Below are positions 9,609 through 19,812 of a DNA stretch of 64,000 bases, in pieces (the stretch's first letter is position 1; every line of letters starts with the position of its first letter). The translations under genes and the position numbers were made by a program. The notes beneath the pieces are model-generated. The model did not search any database. It saw only the letters and a list, made by a program, of their open reading frames with translations, and was not told the origin of the DNA. The DNA comes from Thermodesulfobium acidiphilum (lineage in GTDB: Bacteria > Thermodesulfobiota > Thermodesulfobiia > Thermodesulfobiales > Thermodesulfobiaceae): the NCBI RefSeq assembly GCF_003057965.1, contig NZ_CP020921.1:546916-610915 (forward strand), given 5' to 3'.

Positions 9609-10625
9609 ATGCAAGAAGAAGAACTAACATATAAAAAATCTGGAGTGAATATCGAGAGTGCAAATAAGTTTGTAAATGAGATCAAAAAGATAACTAATAA
9701 AGCTTTTGGATCTTTTTCTGAGAGTTTGGGAGATGGTTTTGCCGGTTTTTATCCTCTTGATAATTTTGGTTCTGATTTTATCTTGCTATCTTCTTGTGAT
9801 GGAGTTGGGACAAAAGTTTTAGTTGCAAAAAAGGCAAATATCTGGAGTGGAATAGGTCAAGACTTAGTAGCTATGAACGTTAACGATATATTGGTGCACG
9901 GTGGAAAGCCTTTATTTTTTTTAGATTATATTGCATGTTCTAAATTAGATACAAAAATCGCATTAGAAATTGTTTCCTCCATAATCGAAGCCCTAAAACC
10001 TACAGGTGGAGTTTTATTAGGGGGAGAGACTGCTGAAATGCCAGATCTTTATAAAAAAGGCGACTGGGATCTCTCAGGTTTTGTAGTAGGCGCTGTTAAG
10101 AGGTCTTCTCTTTTGCCAAGGAATATTAAATCAGGAAATATTTTAATTGGATTAGCTTCAAATGGAGTTCACAGCAACGGTTTTTCTCTAATAAGAAGAA
10201 TTATTAAAGATTATAAAATTAATATACTTAAAAGTGTAACTCCAGAAGGTATCAGTTTGGCTAAAGAACTTTTGAAACCTACTAAAGTCTATTATTCAGA
10301 TATATATCCTTTTATTGAAAAAGGTATGATTAATGGTCTTGCACACATTACAGGAGGTGGTATAGAAGGAAATTTAATTAGGATTTTACCAAAAAACGTT
10401 AAGGCAGTGATAAAAAAGGATTTTGACATACCATGGATTTTTAAATGGATTTCAGATCACGGTGTGAGCGAAGAAGAAATGTATAGGGTATTTAACATGG
10501 GTATTGGGATGATATTAGTTGTCAACCCTTCGAACGTAGATGAAATTTTAAGATATTTAGGTTCAAATGCTAAAGTAATAGGCAAAATTGTTTCCTCTGA
10601 TGAGAGGAGAGTTGAATTTGAATAA
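9609..10625 (+). CDS. purM: AIR synthetase
   Basis: DGVGTK, GGETAEMP, SNGVHSNGFSL, HITGGG and FNMGIG motifs. Confidence 0.97.
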   Translation: MQEEELTYKKSGVNIESANKFVNEIKKITNKAFGSFSESLGDGFAGFYPLDNFGSDFILLSSCDGVGTKVLVAKKANIWSGIGQDLVAMNVNDILVHGGKPLFFLDYIACSKLDTKIALEIVSSIIEALKPTGGVLLGGETAEMPDLYKKGDWDLSGFVVGAVKRSSLLPRNIKSGNILIGLASNGVHSNGFSLIRRIIKDYKINILKSVTPEGISLAKELLKPTKVYYSDIYPFIEKGMINGLAHITGGGIEGNLIRILPKNVKAVIKKDFDIPWIFKWISDHGVSEEEMYRVFNMGIGMILVVNPSNVDEILRYLGSNAKVIGKIVSSDERRVEFE

Positions 10626-11220
10626 ACTAAAAGTTGGAGTTTTAGCTTCTGGTAGAGGATCAAATTTTAAAGCTATTGTACAAAAGGTAGATAGTGCTGA
10701 AGTAAAGGTGTTAATAGTTGATAATCCAGATGCAAAAGCTATAGAAATAGCTAAAGAATTTGACGTTCCGTATGAAGTTGTGGATAGAAAAAAATTTATC
10801 AGTAAATTAAGTTTTGAAAAAGAAATAATTAATATTTTGGAATCATATAAGGTAGAACTAATAGCTTTAGCTGGTTTTATGAGAATTCTGAGTTCTGATT
10901 TCGTAGAACGCTTTAAATGGAAAATAATGAATATACACCCCTCTCTTCTACCCTCTTTCCCTGGGCTTAACGCACAAAAACAGGCTCTTGATTATGGTGT
11001 AAGAGTTAGCGGTTGCACTGTTCATTTTGTTGATGCTGGGACTGATACCGGTCCAATAATCTTACAAGCTGTTGTTCCTGTACTTGATGATGACAACCCG
11101 GAGACTTTAGCCTCAAGAATTTTAAATGAAGAACACAAAATATATCCATTTGCTATCACACTCTTTGCTCAGAATAGATTGGTAATTGACGGAAGAAAGG
11201 TAAAAATTAAAAATATATAA
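10588..11220 (+). CDS. purN: Phosphoribosylglycinamide formyltransferase
   Basis: SGRGSNF, LAGFMRIL, NIHPSLLP and GCTVHFVD; the true start is probably TTG at 10612 or 10618. Confidence 0.95.
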   Translation: MFPLMRGELNLNKLKVGVLASGRGSNFKAIVQKVDSAEVKVLIVDNPDAKAIEIAKEFDVPYEVVDRKKFISKLSFEKEIINILESYKVELIALAGFMRILSSDFVERFKWKIMNIHPSLLPSFPGLNAQKQALDYGVRVSGCTVHFVDAGTDTGPIILQAVVPVLDDDNPETLASRILNEEHKIYPFAITLFAQNRLVIDGRKVKIKNI

Positions 11221-11250
11221 TATGTACAATGAATTTTAAGGAGGTCTAAT

Positions 11251-12747
11251 ATGCAAAGAGCTTTAATAAGTGTTTATAATAAGAATGGTATTGAAGAATT
11301 TGCAAAAGAAATAAATAAATTAGGCTATGGTTTACTCTCAACAGGTGGAACTGCAAAGTATCTAAAGTCTTTTGATTTTCCTGTAATTGAAGTTTCTGAA
11401 TATACTCACTTTCCTGAGATTTTGGGTGGAAGGGTAAAAACTCTTCATCCAATAATTTTCGGTGGTATTCTGGCCCAAAGAGATAACCCAAATCATATAC
11501 AACAGATAAAGAATTTAGATACTATAGATATCGTAGTGGTAAATCTTTATCCGTTTCTTGAAACTTTGAATAGGGGTGCTCCAATTGAGGAAATAATTGA
11601 GATGATTGATATTGGAGGAGTAGCTCTTATTAGGGCTGCTGCCAAAAATTATAAAGACGTACTTGTTTTGGTGGATCCAGACGATTATAAAAAGACCATT
11701 GAACTTTTGAGAAACAATACAATGACACTTGAGTATAGAAAATATCTTGCTGCTAAAGCCTTTCAACACACTGCCTCCTATGATTCTCATATAGCAGCGT
11801 ATCTTTCAGAAGATCTATTCCAGGAACAATTTACCCTTACAGGCAAGAGAGTTCAAAGCCTTAGATACGGGGAAAACCCTCATCAGAAAGCTTTTCTTTA
11901 TAAAACTGAAGATGGATATCCACTTGATGCTGAGTTTTTAAGCGGAAAGGAACTTTCTTTTAATAATATTGTAGATATAGATGCGGCCTTACGCTTTCTT
12001 TATGATTTTATAGATGAGAAAGCAGTTGTAATAATAAAGCATAATCAAGCGTGTGGTTTTGCAGTTGCTGATGATCTCTTGACTGCCTATATTAAGGCTT
12101 ATGAAGGTGATAAAGAGTCGGCTTTCGGTGGTATAGTGGCTATAAATGGTGTAGTTGATGAAGTTTTGGCTAGAGAAATTTATAAAAACTTTTACGAAGT
12201 AGTATATGCTATTGATTTTACCGAAAAGGCTCTTGAAATTTTGCAGGAAAAAAGAAATTTAAGAATTTTGAGAGGTTCAACCAAAAGAACTAATTGGAAT
12301 TATAACATAAAACAAGTTGGGGCTGGTTTTTTGCTTCAAACTGAAGACTTTTTAAAAATAGATAACCTAGAAGTAGTTACTAAGGTAAAGCCAGATGAAA
12401 AGACAATGAAAGATTTAATCTTTGCCTGGAAATTATGTAGAAACTTTAAGTCGAATGCAATTGTTTTTGCAAAAGATGGCCAATTAGTAGGTGCTGGCGC
12501 TGGCCAGTCAAGTAGAGTAATGTCTGTAAGAATTGCTGGAATGAGAGCGCAGGAAAGATCTATTGGAGCCAGTCTTGCTTCTGATGGATTTTTCCCATTT
12601 AAAGATTCAATAACTCTTGCAGGAGAATATGGTATCAAGGCAATTATTCAACCTGGTGGTTCTAGGAGAGATGAAGAAGTGATTGAAGAGGCCGATAGGC
12701 TTGGGATACCTATGGTATTTACTCACAGAAGACATTTTTATCATTAA
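11251..12747 (+). CDS. purH: Bifunctional AICAR transformylase/IMP cyclohydrolase
   Basis: RALISV, GRVKTLHP, IDIGG, LRYGENPHQ and SDGFFPF motifs. Confidence 0.97.
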   Translation: MQRALISVYNKNGIEEFAKEINKLGYGLLSTGGTAKYLKSFDFPVIEVSEYTHFPEILGGRVKTLHPIIFGGILAQRDNPNHIQQIKNLDTIDIVVVNLYPFLETLNRGAPIEEIIEMIDIGGVALIRAAAKNYKDVLVLVDPDDYKKTIELLRNNTMTLEYRKYLAAKAFQHTASYDSHIAAYLSEDLFQEQFTLTGKRVQSLRYGENPHQKAFLYKTEDGYPLDAEFLSGKELSFNNIVDIDAALRFLYDFIDEKAVVIIKHNQACGFAVADDLLTAYIKAYEGDKESAFGGIVAINGVVDEVLAREIYKNFYEVVYAIDFTEKALEILQEKRNLRILRGSTKRTNWNYNIKQVGAGFLLQTEDFLKIDNLEVVTKVKPDEKTMKDLIFAWKLCRNFKSNAIVFAKDGQLVGAGAGQSSRVMSVRIAGMRAQERSIGASLASDGFFPFKDSITLAGEYGIKAIIQPGGSRRDEEVIEEADRLGIPMVFTHRRHFYH

Positions 12748-12817
12748 AATATGACATTTAGGTAAAAAACCAAGAGGTCTTTAAAGGAATTAATATATTT
12801 TTAGTTGGGAGGTATAT

Positions 12818-14050
12818 GTGGGTTCGATTTTAGTTATTGGTAGTGGAGCAAGAGAACACGCGATTGCCTGGCGTCTTAAAAAGGAAGGAAAGGATGTTTT
12901 CCTTTCTCCAGGAAATGGTGGTACGTCTTTAAACTGGATAAATAAGATTCTCTCAAAAGATGAGATAGAGTCTTTTTGTAAGGTTGCAGGAGTAGACCTT
13001 ATAGTTGTAGGCCCTGAAAAACCGCTTACCGAAGGAATTGCTGATTTTTTGAGATCAAAAGGCTTCTGGGTTTTTGGGCCAGGTAGGGAAGGTGCAAAGC
13101 TGGAAGGAAGTAAGGTTTTTGCAAAATCTTTTATGAAGAGAAACAACCTTCCAACTGCTGACTTTGTTATATATGAAGACGAAGGTTCCTTAATAAAGCA
13201 CTTTGATAATTGTAAGTATCCTGTTGTTATAAAAGCTGATGGGCTTGCAGCTGGAAAGGGAGTAATAGTAGCTCATGAGAAAGAAGAGGCTCTTGAGGCA
13301 ATAGGTTTTCTAAAAAATAACTTTCCTGAGGCCTCCAAATACATAATTGTAGAAGAGTGTTTGGTAGGGAAGGAACTATCTCTTTTTGTGTTAATTAATG
13401 ATAAAGGCCATGTAGTTTTGGATAATGCAAGAGATTATAAAAGGTTAAACGATTTTGATGAGGGTCCTAATACAGGGGGTATGGGTTCATATTCGCCTGT
13501 TGACGATCTACCTGAATTTCAAATTAACAAAATTCAAAATAATATTGTTGAACCTACAATCAGAGCTTTGAGAAAGGAAAATATCTCTTACCAAGGGGTT
13601 TTATATTTTGGAATAATGTTGACAAAAGAAGGGCCGTCGATTTTAGAATTCAATTGCAGGTTTGGCGATCCTGAAGCACAGGTACTTGTTCCAAGAATTC
13701 TTAATTTTTCAGAACTTTTGTATGTCGTAGCAAAAAACGAAAAAATACCTGAACCAAAAATTTCAAGTAAAAAAGCCCTGTCAGTGGTTCTGACTGCAAA
13801 GGGATATCCAAATAATCCTGAGACAGGAAAGAGAATAAATATTGATGAAAGAATTTTTGAGGATGAGGACGTTGTAATCTTTTATGCAGGGGTAGTAAGA
13901 GACAAAAATAATCTTTTTACTTCTTCTGGTAGAGTTTTGAACGTAGTAGGTATGGGAGATACCTTTGAAGAAGCAAGAAATAAGGCTTACAGTTCGATTA
14001 AGTATATAAATTTCGAAGGTATGCATTTTAGGAGGGACATAGGTTTATGA
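12818..14050 (+). CDS. purD: Phosphoribosylamine-glycine ligase
   Basis: GSGAREHA, KADGLAAGKGV, GPNTGGMG and EFNCRFGDPE motifs. Confidence 0.97.
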   Translation: MGSILVIGSGAREHAIAWRLKKEGKDVFLSPGNGGTSLNWINKILSKDEIESFCKVAGVDLIVVGPEKPLTEGIADFLRSKGFWVFGPGREGAKLEGSKVFAKSFMKRNNLPTADFVIYEDEGSLIKHFDNCKYPVVIKADGLAAGKGVIVAHEKEEALEAIGFLKNNFPEASKYIIVEECLVGKELSLFVLINDKGHVVLDNARDYKRLNDFDEGPNTGGMGSYSPVDDLPEFQINKIQNNIVEPTIRALRKENISYQGVLYFGIMLTKEGPSILEFNCRFGDPEAQVLVPRILNFSELLYVVAKNEKIPEPKISSKKALSVVLTAKGYPNNPETGKRINIDERIFEDEDVVIFYAGVVRDKNNLFTSSGRVLNVVGMGDTFEEARNKAYSSIKYINFEGMHFRRDIGL

Positions 14051-14538
14051 TTTCTTTGGTAATTGGAAGTTACAATGATTATGAAGCAATTATTCCTGCA
14101 ATCAAGGAACTTAAAAAGTTTAACCTTAAGTTTGAACTTGTTGTTAGTTCTGCTCATAGAAACACAGAAGAAACTATAGAGTGGGCAAAAAAAGCAGAAA
14201 GTAGAGGTACAGAAGTAATTATTGCTTTTGCTGGCCTTGCTGCTCACCTCCCTGGTGTATTAGCTGCTGTAACTACTCTACCTGTTATAGGAGTTCCTTT
14301 AACGAATTCTCCTGTTTCGGGTATGGATTCAATGTTTTCTATTGTTCAGATGCCTTCGGGAGTACCTGTTGCAACAGTTGGACTTGGAAATGTAAAAAAC
14401 GCAATTTATCTTGCCATGAGAATTTTGTCAATTAAATATCCTGATATCAAGAGCAAGCTTTTAAAGGCTTCTGAAGATATGAAGAAAAATATCCGTGAAC
14501 AAAATAAAGTTCTTCAAGAAAAGTTAAAGGATCTGTAA
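14047..14538 (+). CDS. purE: N5-CAIR mutase
   Basis: SAHR, AGLAAHLPG and VQMPSGVPVATV motifs. Confidence 0.97.
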   Translation: MISLVIGSYNDYEAIIPAIKELKKFNLKFELVVSSAHRNTEETIEWAKKAESRGTEVIIAFAGLAAHLPGVLAAVTTLPVIGVPLTNSPVSGMDSMFSIVQMPSGVPVATVGLGNVKNAIYLAMRILSIKYPDIKSKLLKASEDMKKNIREQNKVLQEKLKDL

Positions 14539-15342
14539 TTGCTTTTTTTAATAATGTTTTTTGATTTTTCGATTCACCTTTCGGAGGCTACAGCTTCTGC
14601 GCTACGTTTAGCGGGTTTAAGAACAGGTAAGATTACTACTTCTTTATCCTTCTATAATATAATCGCTCTGGTTTCAAGGATGTCAAATATGTTTCAAGCT
14701 CCTCTTTTAGGCGTACTTGTTGATTCGGCGGTATTGACAGGTAAGATTGATACATTGGGAAATAATTTTAGAGCTGTTATCTTTTGCGGCGCACTTGGAG
14801 ATATTCTGGCAATAATATTACTACCATATTCTGTTGCTTTTTTCTCAAGAATAATTTTATGGTTTGAGGAAACCGGATCAGTTCCAATGGCCCTTTTTAA
14901 GCTTTTAAGCTTTAAAAATATTAAACTTGTTTCAAGGGATTTTGCTAATGTAAAGTTCATAAAGAGGTTTGAAGATTTTGATTTTAAAGGAATTCCAAAA
15001 AAGTTTATTTTTTTTAATATTGTGGTTGTTGCCGTATATACAGTTGGAGTGATGTCATCACTGTTTGCTGGAGCACACCTTGCTGCTTATAGAGTGACAG
15101 CTACTCAACTTTCTGGAATTGTAAATGGTCTTGCTACTATATTAATGGCTTTTGTTGTCGATCCTACTGCAGCACTAATTACTGATGACGCTTTGCACAA
15201 AAGAAGGACTTACAATAACGTTGAGTCTATGGTATATCTACTCCTCTTTACAAGAATTTTAGGATCTCTAATTTTATCTCAAATCATTTTTTTGCCTGCT
15301 ACCTGGTATATAATGAGTGTAACTTTATTTTTACACAGATAA
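14539..15342 (+). CDS. amj: Amj-family alternate lipid II flippase (DUF2837)
   Basis: Multi-TM 267-aa protein with RLAGLRTG, LVSRMSNMFQAP and SGIVNGLATI..DP, as recalled for the Amj family. Confidence 0.8.
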   Translation: MLFLIMFFDFSIHLSEATASALRLAGLRTGKITTSLSFYNIIALVSRMSNMFQAPLLGVLVDSAVLTGKIDTLGNNFRAVIFCGALGDILAIILLPYSVAFFSRIILWFEETGSVPMALFKLLSFKNIKLVSRDFANVKFIKRFEDFDFKGIPKKFIFFNIVVVAVYTVGVMSSLFAGAHLAAYRVTATQLSGIVNGLATILMAFVVDPTAALITDDALHKRRTYNNVESMVYLLLFTRILGSLILSQIIFLPATWYIMSVTLFLHR

Positions 15343-15382
15343 TATCTTTAAGTTTTTAAATAAACTTTTAAGGAGGATTGTT

Positions 15383-15682
15383 TTGATTGACAAAGAGACA
15401 ATACTACATGTTGCCAATCTTGCAAGATTAGAATTAAAGGATAGTGAAGTTGAGAGCCTAAAAGAAGATCTTGGTAAAATCTTGAATTATTTTATTACTT
15501 TAAACGACGTGAATACTGATGATGTAGAACCTACCTTTCATCCTTTTCCAATAAATAATGTTTTTAGGGAAGATATTGTAAAGAAGTCTTTTCCTGTTGA
15601 GGAAATATTATCAAATGCTCCTGATAGGACTTTAACTTACTTTTTGGTGCCCAGGATCGTGGAGGAGAAAAATGGAAATTAA
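15383..15682 (+). CDS. gatC: Asp/Glu-tRNA amidotransferase subunit C
   Basis: HVANLARL, REDIV and FLVPRIV; precedes gatA. Confidence 0.95.
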   Translation: MIDKETILHVANLARLELKDSEVESLKEDLGKILNYFITLNDVNTDDVEPTFHPFPINNVFREDIVKKSFPVEEILSNAPDRTLTYFLVPRIVEEKNGN

Positions 15683-17117
15683 TGAACTCACAATTAACTC
15701 TCTCAAGAGTGAATATAAGAAAGGAAACCTTTCTCCAAAAGAGCTATTAGACTTTGTTTTTAAGAGGATAAAATTATATGATCCAAAAATAAATTCTTTT
15801 ATTACGCTTACCGAAGAATATGCCTATAAAGTAGCAGAATCTCTTAGATTTGACGAAATGGATTCCAAACCTCTTTGGGGGATTCCTGTGGCTATTAAGG
15901 ATAACATGTGTTTTAGAGGTTTTAAAACCACGTGTAGCTCTAAAATACTTGAAAATTTTATACCAATATATACTTCTACTGCAGTTCAAAGACTAATTGA
16001 TGCAGGAGCAATTATAGTAGGAAAAACTAACCTTGATGAATTTGCAATGGGATCTTCTACTGAAAATTCTGCATTTTTCACCACTTCAAATCCGTGGGAT
16101 TTGGAAAGAGTTCCTGGTGGAAGTTCTGGGGGATCTGCTTCTGCTGTGGCAGCAAGATTTGTTCCTGTTGCAACTGGTTCAGATACAGGTGGTTCTATAA
16201 GACAGCCTGCCTCTTTTTGTGGCGTGGTAGGATTTAAGCCAACCTATGGAACTGTTTCAAGATACGGCCTGGTTGCTTTTGCCTCTTCTTTGGATCAGAT
16301 AGGTCCTTTCGGAATAAAGGTTAAGGATGTAGAACTTGCTTTTCGAGTTATGAGCGGGAAAGACGATATGGACTCTACTTCACACCCTTACAAATTTATT
16401 CCAGTGGATAAAAGTATAAAGGAATATAAAGTGGGCGTTATAAAAGAACTTTATGAAGCAGAAGGATTTGATGCTGAAGTCTTAAATTCTTTAAGCAATG
16501 TTATAAAACTTCTTAAATCTGAGAATATATATGTTGATGTGTGTTCTTTGCCTCACTTAAAATATTCTTTACCTGTTTATTATCTGGTAGCCACTTCTGA
16601 AGCAAGTTCAAATCTTGCTAGATTTGATGGCGTAAGATATGGACTAAGGGTTAAAGGCAAGGATATAAATGAAACCTTTTCAAAAACGAGAGGACAAGGA
16701 TTTGGAAGCGAAGTAAAGAGAAGAATTATGTTGGGCACTTATGCTCTCTCGAGCGGTTATTATGATGCCTATTATTTAAAGGCTTCAAAGGTAAGAACGC
16801 TTATTGTAAATGACTTTGAGAAAGCTTTTAGAGAATATGACTTTTTAATATGCCCAACTTCACCAACTACAGCCTTTAAAAAGGGTGATAAGACAAGCGA
16901 TCCCCTTTCTATGTACTTATCTGACATTGCTACTATTCCTGTGAATCTTGCTGGTCTTCCTGGTATTTCTATTCCATCTGGATGTGATAATAAAGGGTTA
17001 CCAATTGGATTGCAGATTATTGGGAAGCCTTTTAATGATAATGAATTATTAAACTTCGCAGATCAGCTGGAATCAATTATAAATTTTGAAACCAAGCCTC
17101 AATTAGGAGGTATATAA
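15672..17117 (+). CDS. gatA: Asp/Glu-tRNA amidotransferase subunit A
   Basis: Amidase signature [19 protein letters not shown] and RFDGVRYG. Confidence 0.97.
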   Translation: MEINELTINSLKSEYKKGNLSPKELLDFVFKRIKLYDPKINSFITLTEEYAYKVAESLRFDEMDSKPLWGIPVAIKDNMCFRGFKTTCSSKILENFIPIYTSTAVQRLIDAGAIIVGKTNLDEFAMGSSTENSAFFTTSNPWDLERVPGGSSGGSASAVAARFVPVATGSDTGGSIRQPASFCGVVGFKPTYGTVSRYGLVAFASSLDQIGPFGIKVKDVELAFRVMSGKDDMDSTSHPYKFIPVDKSIKEYKVGVIKELYEAEGFDAEVLNSLSNVIKLLKSENIYVDVCSLPHLKYSLPVYYLVATSEASSNLARFDGVRYGLRVKGKDINETFSKTRGQGFGSEVKRRIMLGTYALSSGYYDAYYLKASKVRTLIVNDFEKAFREYDFLICPTSPTTAFKKGDKTSDPLSMYLSDIATIPVNLAGLPGISIPSGCDNKGLPIGLQIIGKPFNDNELLNFADQLESIINFETKPQLGGI

Positions 17118-17121
17118 GTTT

Positions 17122-18573
17122 ATGAGCAATAATGTAGTAATTGGTTTGGAAATTCATGCCCAACTAAAAACTGAAACAAAAATGTTTTGTGGATGCAGAA
17201 CCTCTTTTGGCGATGATCCTAATACAAATGTTTGCCCTGTATGTATGGCTTTACCAGGGTCTTTGCCAGTTCCCAACAAAAAAGCAATTGCCTTTACGAT
17301 AATGAGCGGTTTAGCTCTCAATTGTACAATTTCGAGATATTCAAAATTTGATAGAAAGCAGTACTTTTATCCTGATATGCCTAAGAATTATCAAATTTCT
17401 CAATATGATCTTCCTTTTTGTAGAAATGGATATCTTGAATTTCTTTGTGACGATGAGTTAAAAAGGGTAAGGATTCATAGAATTCACTTAGAGGAAGATA
17501 CTGGCAAACTTGTTCATGCAGGAGATATTATGGAATCGGAACAGAGTATGGTGGACTATAATAGAGCAGGTACTCCATTGATGGAAATTGTTACTGAACC
17601 TGATATATCTTCTCCTAAAGAAGCCAGACTTTTTATGTCGGAGCTTAGGAATATTTTAAGATATCTTGGCGTTTCCGACGGGAATATGGAAGAAGGGTCA
17701 ATGCGTTGTGATGCAAATATTTCACTAAAAAATCCTGATGGTACTTTTGGGACAAAAGTTGAAATTAAAAATATGAACTCTTTGAGATCTCTTGAAAGAG
17801 CACTGGAATTCGAAATCATTAGACAATCAGAAATTTTGAATTCGGGTGGAACTATAATTCAAGAAACAAGACATTTTGATGAACGTGATGGAACAACTCA
17901 TTCTTTGAGAACTAAAGAAGAAGCTCACGATTATAGATATTTTCCAGATCCTGACCTGCTTCCTGTTGTTATTTCTGATGAAGAAATACGAAGTATATCT
18001 AGCAATATACCTGAACTTCCATTAAAAAAATATTTTAGATTTATTGATGAATTTGGTATTAATAAAAGTGATGCTGCTGTTTTAGTTTCTGATTTAAAGT
18101 TGGCTAACTTTTTCGACGATTGCGTGAAATGTAATTGTTCACCTAGAGAAGCTGTGAAATGGATTTTAGGAGATTTGACTTATTTTTGGAACGAAAAAAA
18201 ATTGCAACCTGATAGTAAAGTTTTTGAACCTTCATATTTGAAAGAAATTTTAGACTTCATTGATTCAAAGACGATAAGTATCAGACAAGCGAAGGAAGTA
18301 GTTGAAAAAGTTTTTGATATGAAAGAATCTCCAAAGAATATTATCGAAAAACTTGGCATTAAACAAATTTCAGATGAGGATTTTTTAATTAATGCTGCTA
18401 AAAAGGTTATAGAAAATAATCCAAAAGCTGTTCAAGACTTTTTTAAAGGAAAAAAGAATGCAATAGGATTTCTAGTTGGTCAACTTATGAGAGAGACTAA
18501 AGGTAAGGCTTCTCCAGAGATATCTAATAAGATAATTTATGATCTGTTAGAAAAACTGAGGGTTAAAGAATAG
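17122..18573 (+). CDS. gatB: Asp/Glu-tRNA amidotransferase subunit B
   Basis: [25 protein letters not shown] and [10 protein letters not shown] motifs. Confidence 0.97.
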   Translation: MSNNVVIGLEIHAQLKTETKMFCGCRTSFGDDPNTNVCPVCMALPGSLPVPNKKAIAFTIMSGLALNCTISRYSKFDRKQYFYPDMPKNYQISQYDLPFCRNGYLEFLCDDELKRVRIHRIHLEEDTGKLVHAGDIMESEQSMVDYNRAGTPLMEIVTEPDISSPKEARLFMSELRNILRYLGVSDGNMEEGSMRCDANISLKNPDGTFGTKVEIKNMNSLRSLERALEFEIIRQSEILNSGGTIIQETRHFDERDGTTHSLRTKEEAHDYRYFPDPDLLPVVISDEEIRSISSNIPELPLKKYFRFIDEFGINKSDAAVLVSDLKLANFFDDCVKCNCSPREAVKWILGDLTYFWNEKKLQPDSKVFEPSYLKEILDFIDSKTISIRQAKEVVEKVFDMKESPKNIIEKLGIKQISDEDFLINAAKKVIENNPKAVQDFFKGKKNAIGFLVGQLMRETKGKASPEISNKIIYDLLEKLRVKE

Positions 18574-18598
18574 CGTTTTAAAAAAGGAGGGATGGAAG

Positions 18599-19204
18599 AT
18601 GTCTTACAAAAAAATCTTTTTGTTACTTGCTTGTTTTTCCATATTTTTTTGTGGACAGTCTTTTGCAAGCTTGGGGGATAAAACTCATGAATATATTATG
18701 GAAACTATGATAGGTAGTGGGCTTTATAAGAGCGCTATAGAATATTCTCATACTTTTACTAATCATAGCGATAATATAATGAAGATGAATCTTAAATCAG
18801 CAGCTCTTAGTCTAGATAAGCCATTGATTGAAAGGATTTTAAGTTCTGCGCCTGTATCTTTGATGAACTCAAATGAGTATTTTTTCGCAGAGGGAGTAAA
18901 GTATTATTTAGATGGTAATTATTCTCAAAGTATTGGCGCATTCAGTATCTGTATTGATAAAGATCCGTTGGATGTTTATAGCTGGTATTATATGGCTAAG
19001 GATTATGAATTGAGAAATGATTATAATAGCGCTAATTATGCTTACCAAAAGGCACTGTCAATAGAACCAAATAATATAGGTATTTTGAAAAGTTATGCAA
19101 AGTTTTTGGAGTTAGCGGGATTGACTGATCAATATAATATAGTCATAAAGCATATTAGACATATCTATTCGAGAGGTAGTAATCTTGAGATATCTTGGAA
19201 TTGA
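18599..19204 (+). CDS. Exported tetratricopeptide-repeat protein
   Basis: Signal-peptide-like N-terminus; TPR-like helices (SWYYMAKDYE...AYQKALSIEPNN). Confidence 0.7.
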   Translation: MSYKKIFLLLACFSIFFCGQSFASLGDKTHEYIMETMIGSGLYKSAIEYSHTFTNHSDNIMKMNLKSAALSLDKPLIERILSSAPVSLMNSNEYFFAEGVKYYLDGNYSQSIGAFSICIDKDPLDVYSWYYMAKDYELRNDYNSANYAYQKALSIEPNNIGILKSYAKFLELAGLTDQYNIVIKHIRHIYSRGSNLEISWN

Positions 19205-19604
19205 TTGGGGAGTAACTCATCTGGGGTTAAGTATAAGCGATCCTGAGGAAAGGATTGTATTTCCTATAGGCACTATTGTTAGAACTACCTGGGATAAAGA
19301 TTTGAATATGATTAAACAAATTGTTGAGGAAAAAAATATAAAGACAATAGTTCTTGGTGATCCTTTAAGAACAGATTTTCCTTTTACGTCATCTAAATCA
19401 ATTCTTAAAGTGAAGAAGAAGTTAGAAACTATAGGGGTCAGAGTGATACTCTTTGATGAGAGATATTCTACTAAAGAAGCGCTAAAACTTCAAAAGATTT
19501 TAGGAAATAGGAATAAAGATAAAGTTCATGAAATTGCAAGCTCGATTATATTAAAATCATTTTTAGATTTTATATCTAAAGATAAGAAAAACATAGGTGA
19601 ATGA
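19185..19604 (+). CDS. ruvX: RuvX/YqgF pre-16S rRNA nuclease
   Basis: YLGIDWG..LGLSISDP and DERYST motifs. Confidence 0.85.
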   Translation: MRYLGIDWGVTHLGLSISDPEERIVFPIGTIVRTTWDKDLNMIKQIVEEKNIKTIVLGDPLRTDFPFTSSKSILKVKKKLETIGVRVILFDERYSTKEALKLQKILGNRNKDKVHEIASSIILKSFLDFISKDKKNIGE

Positions 19605-19812
19605 TAAAAGTAATTTTATGATTCTTACAAAATCTATTTCTTTCATCTCTGATAGGTGTAATAAGTGCGGAAAGTGTTCTTTAATTTGTCCTAAAGGGGT
19701 AATTTATTTAAATGGTTTTTTCAGGCCGATATTTGTTAATTTATCAAGGTGTAATGCTTGTAAAAGGTGCGAAAGAATATGTAAAAGTAATGCGATTGAG
19801 GTTTTATTATAG
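19597..19812 (+). CDS. 2x[4Fe-4S] ferredoxin-like protein
   Basis: CNKCGKCSLICP and CNACKRCERIC motifs. Confidence 0.8.
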   Translation: MNDKSNFMILTKSISFISDRCNKCGKCSLICPKGVIYLNGFFRPIFVNLSRCNACKRCERICKSNAIEVLL

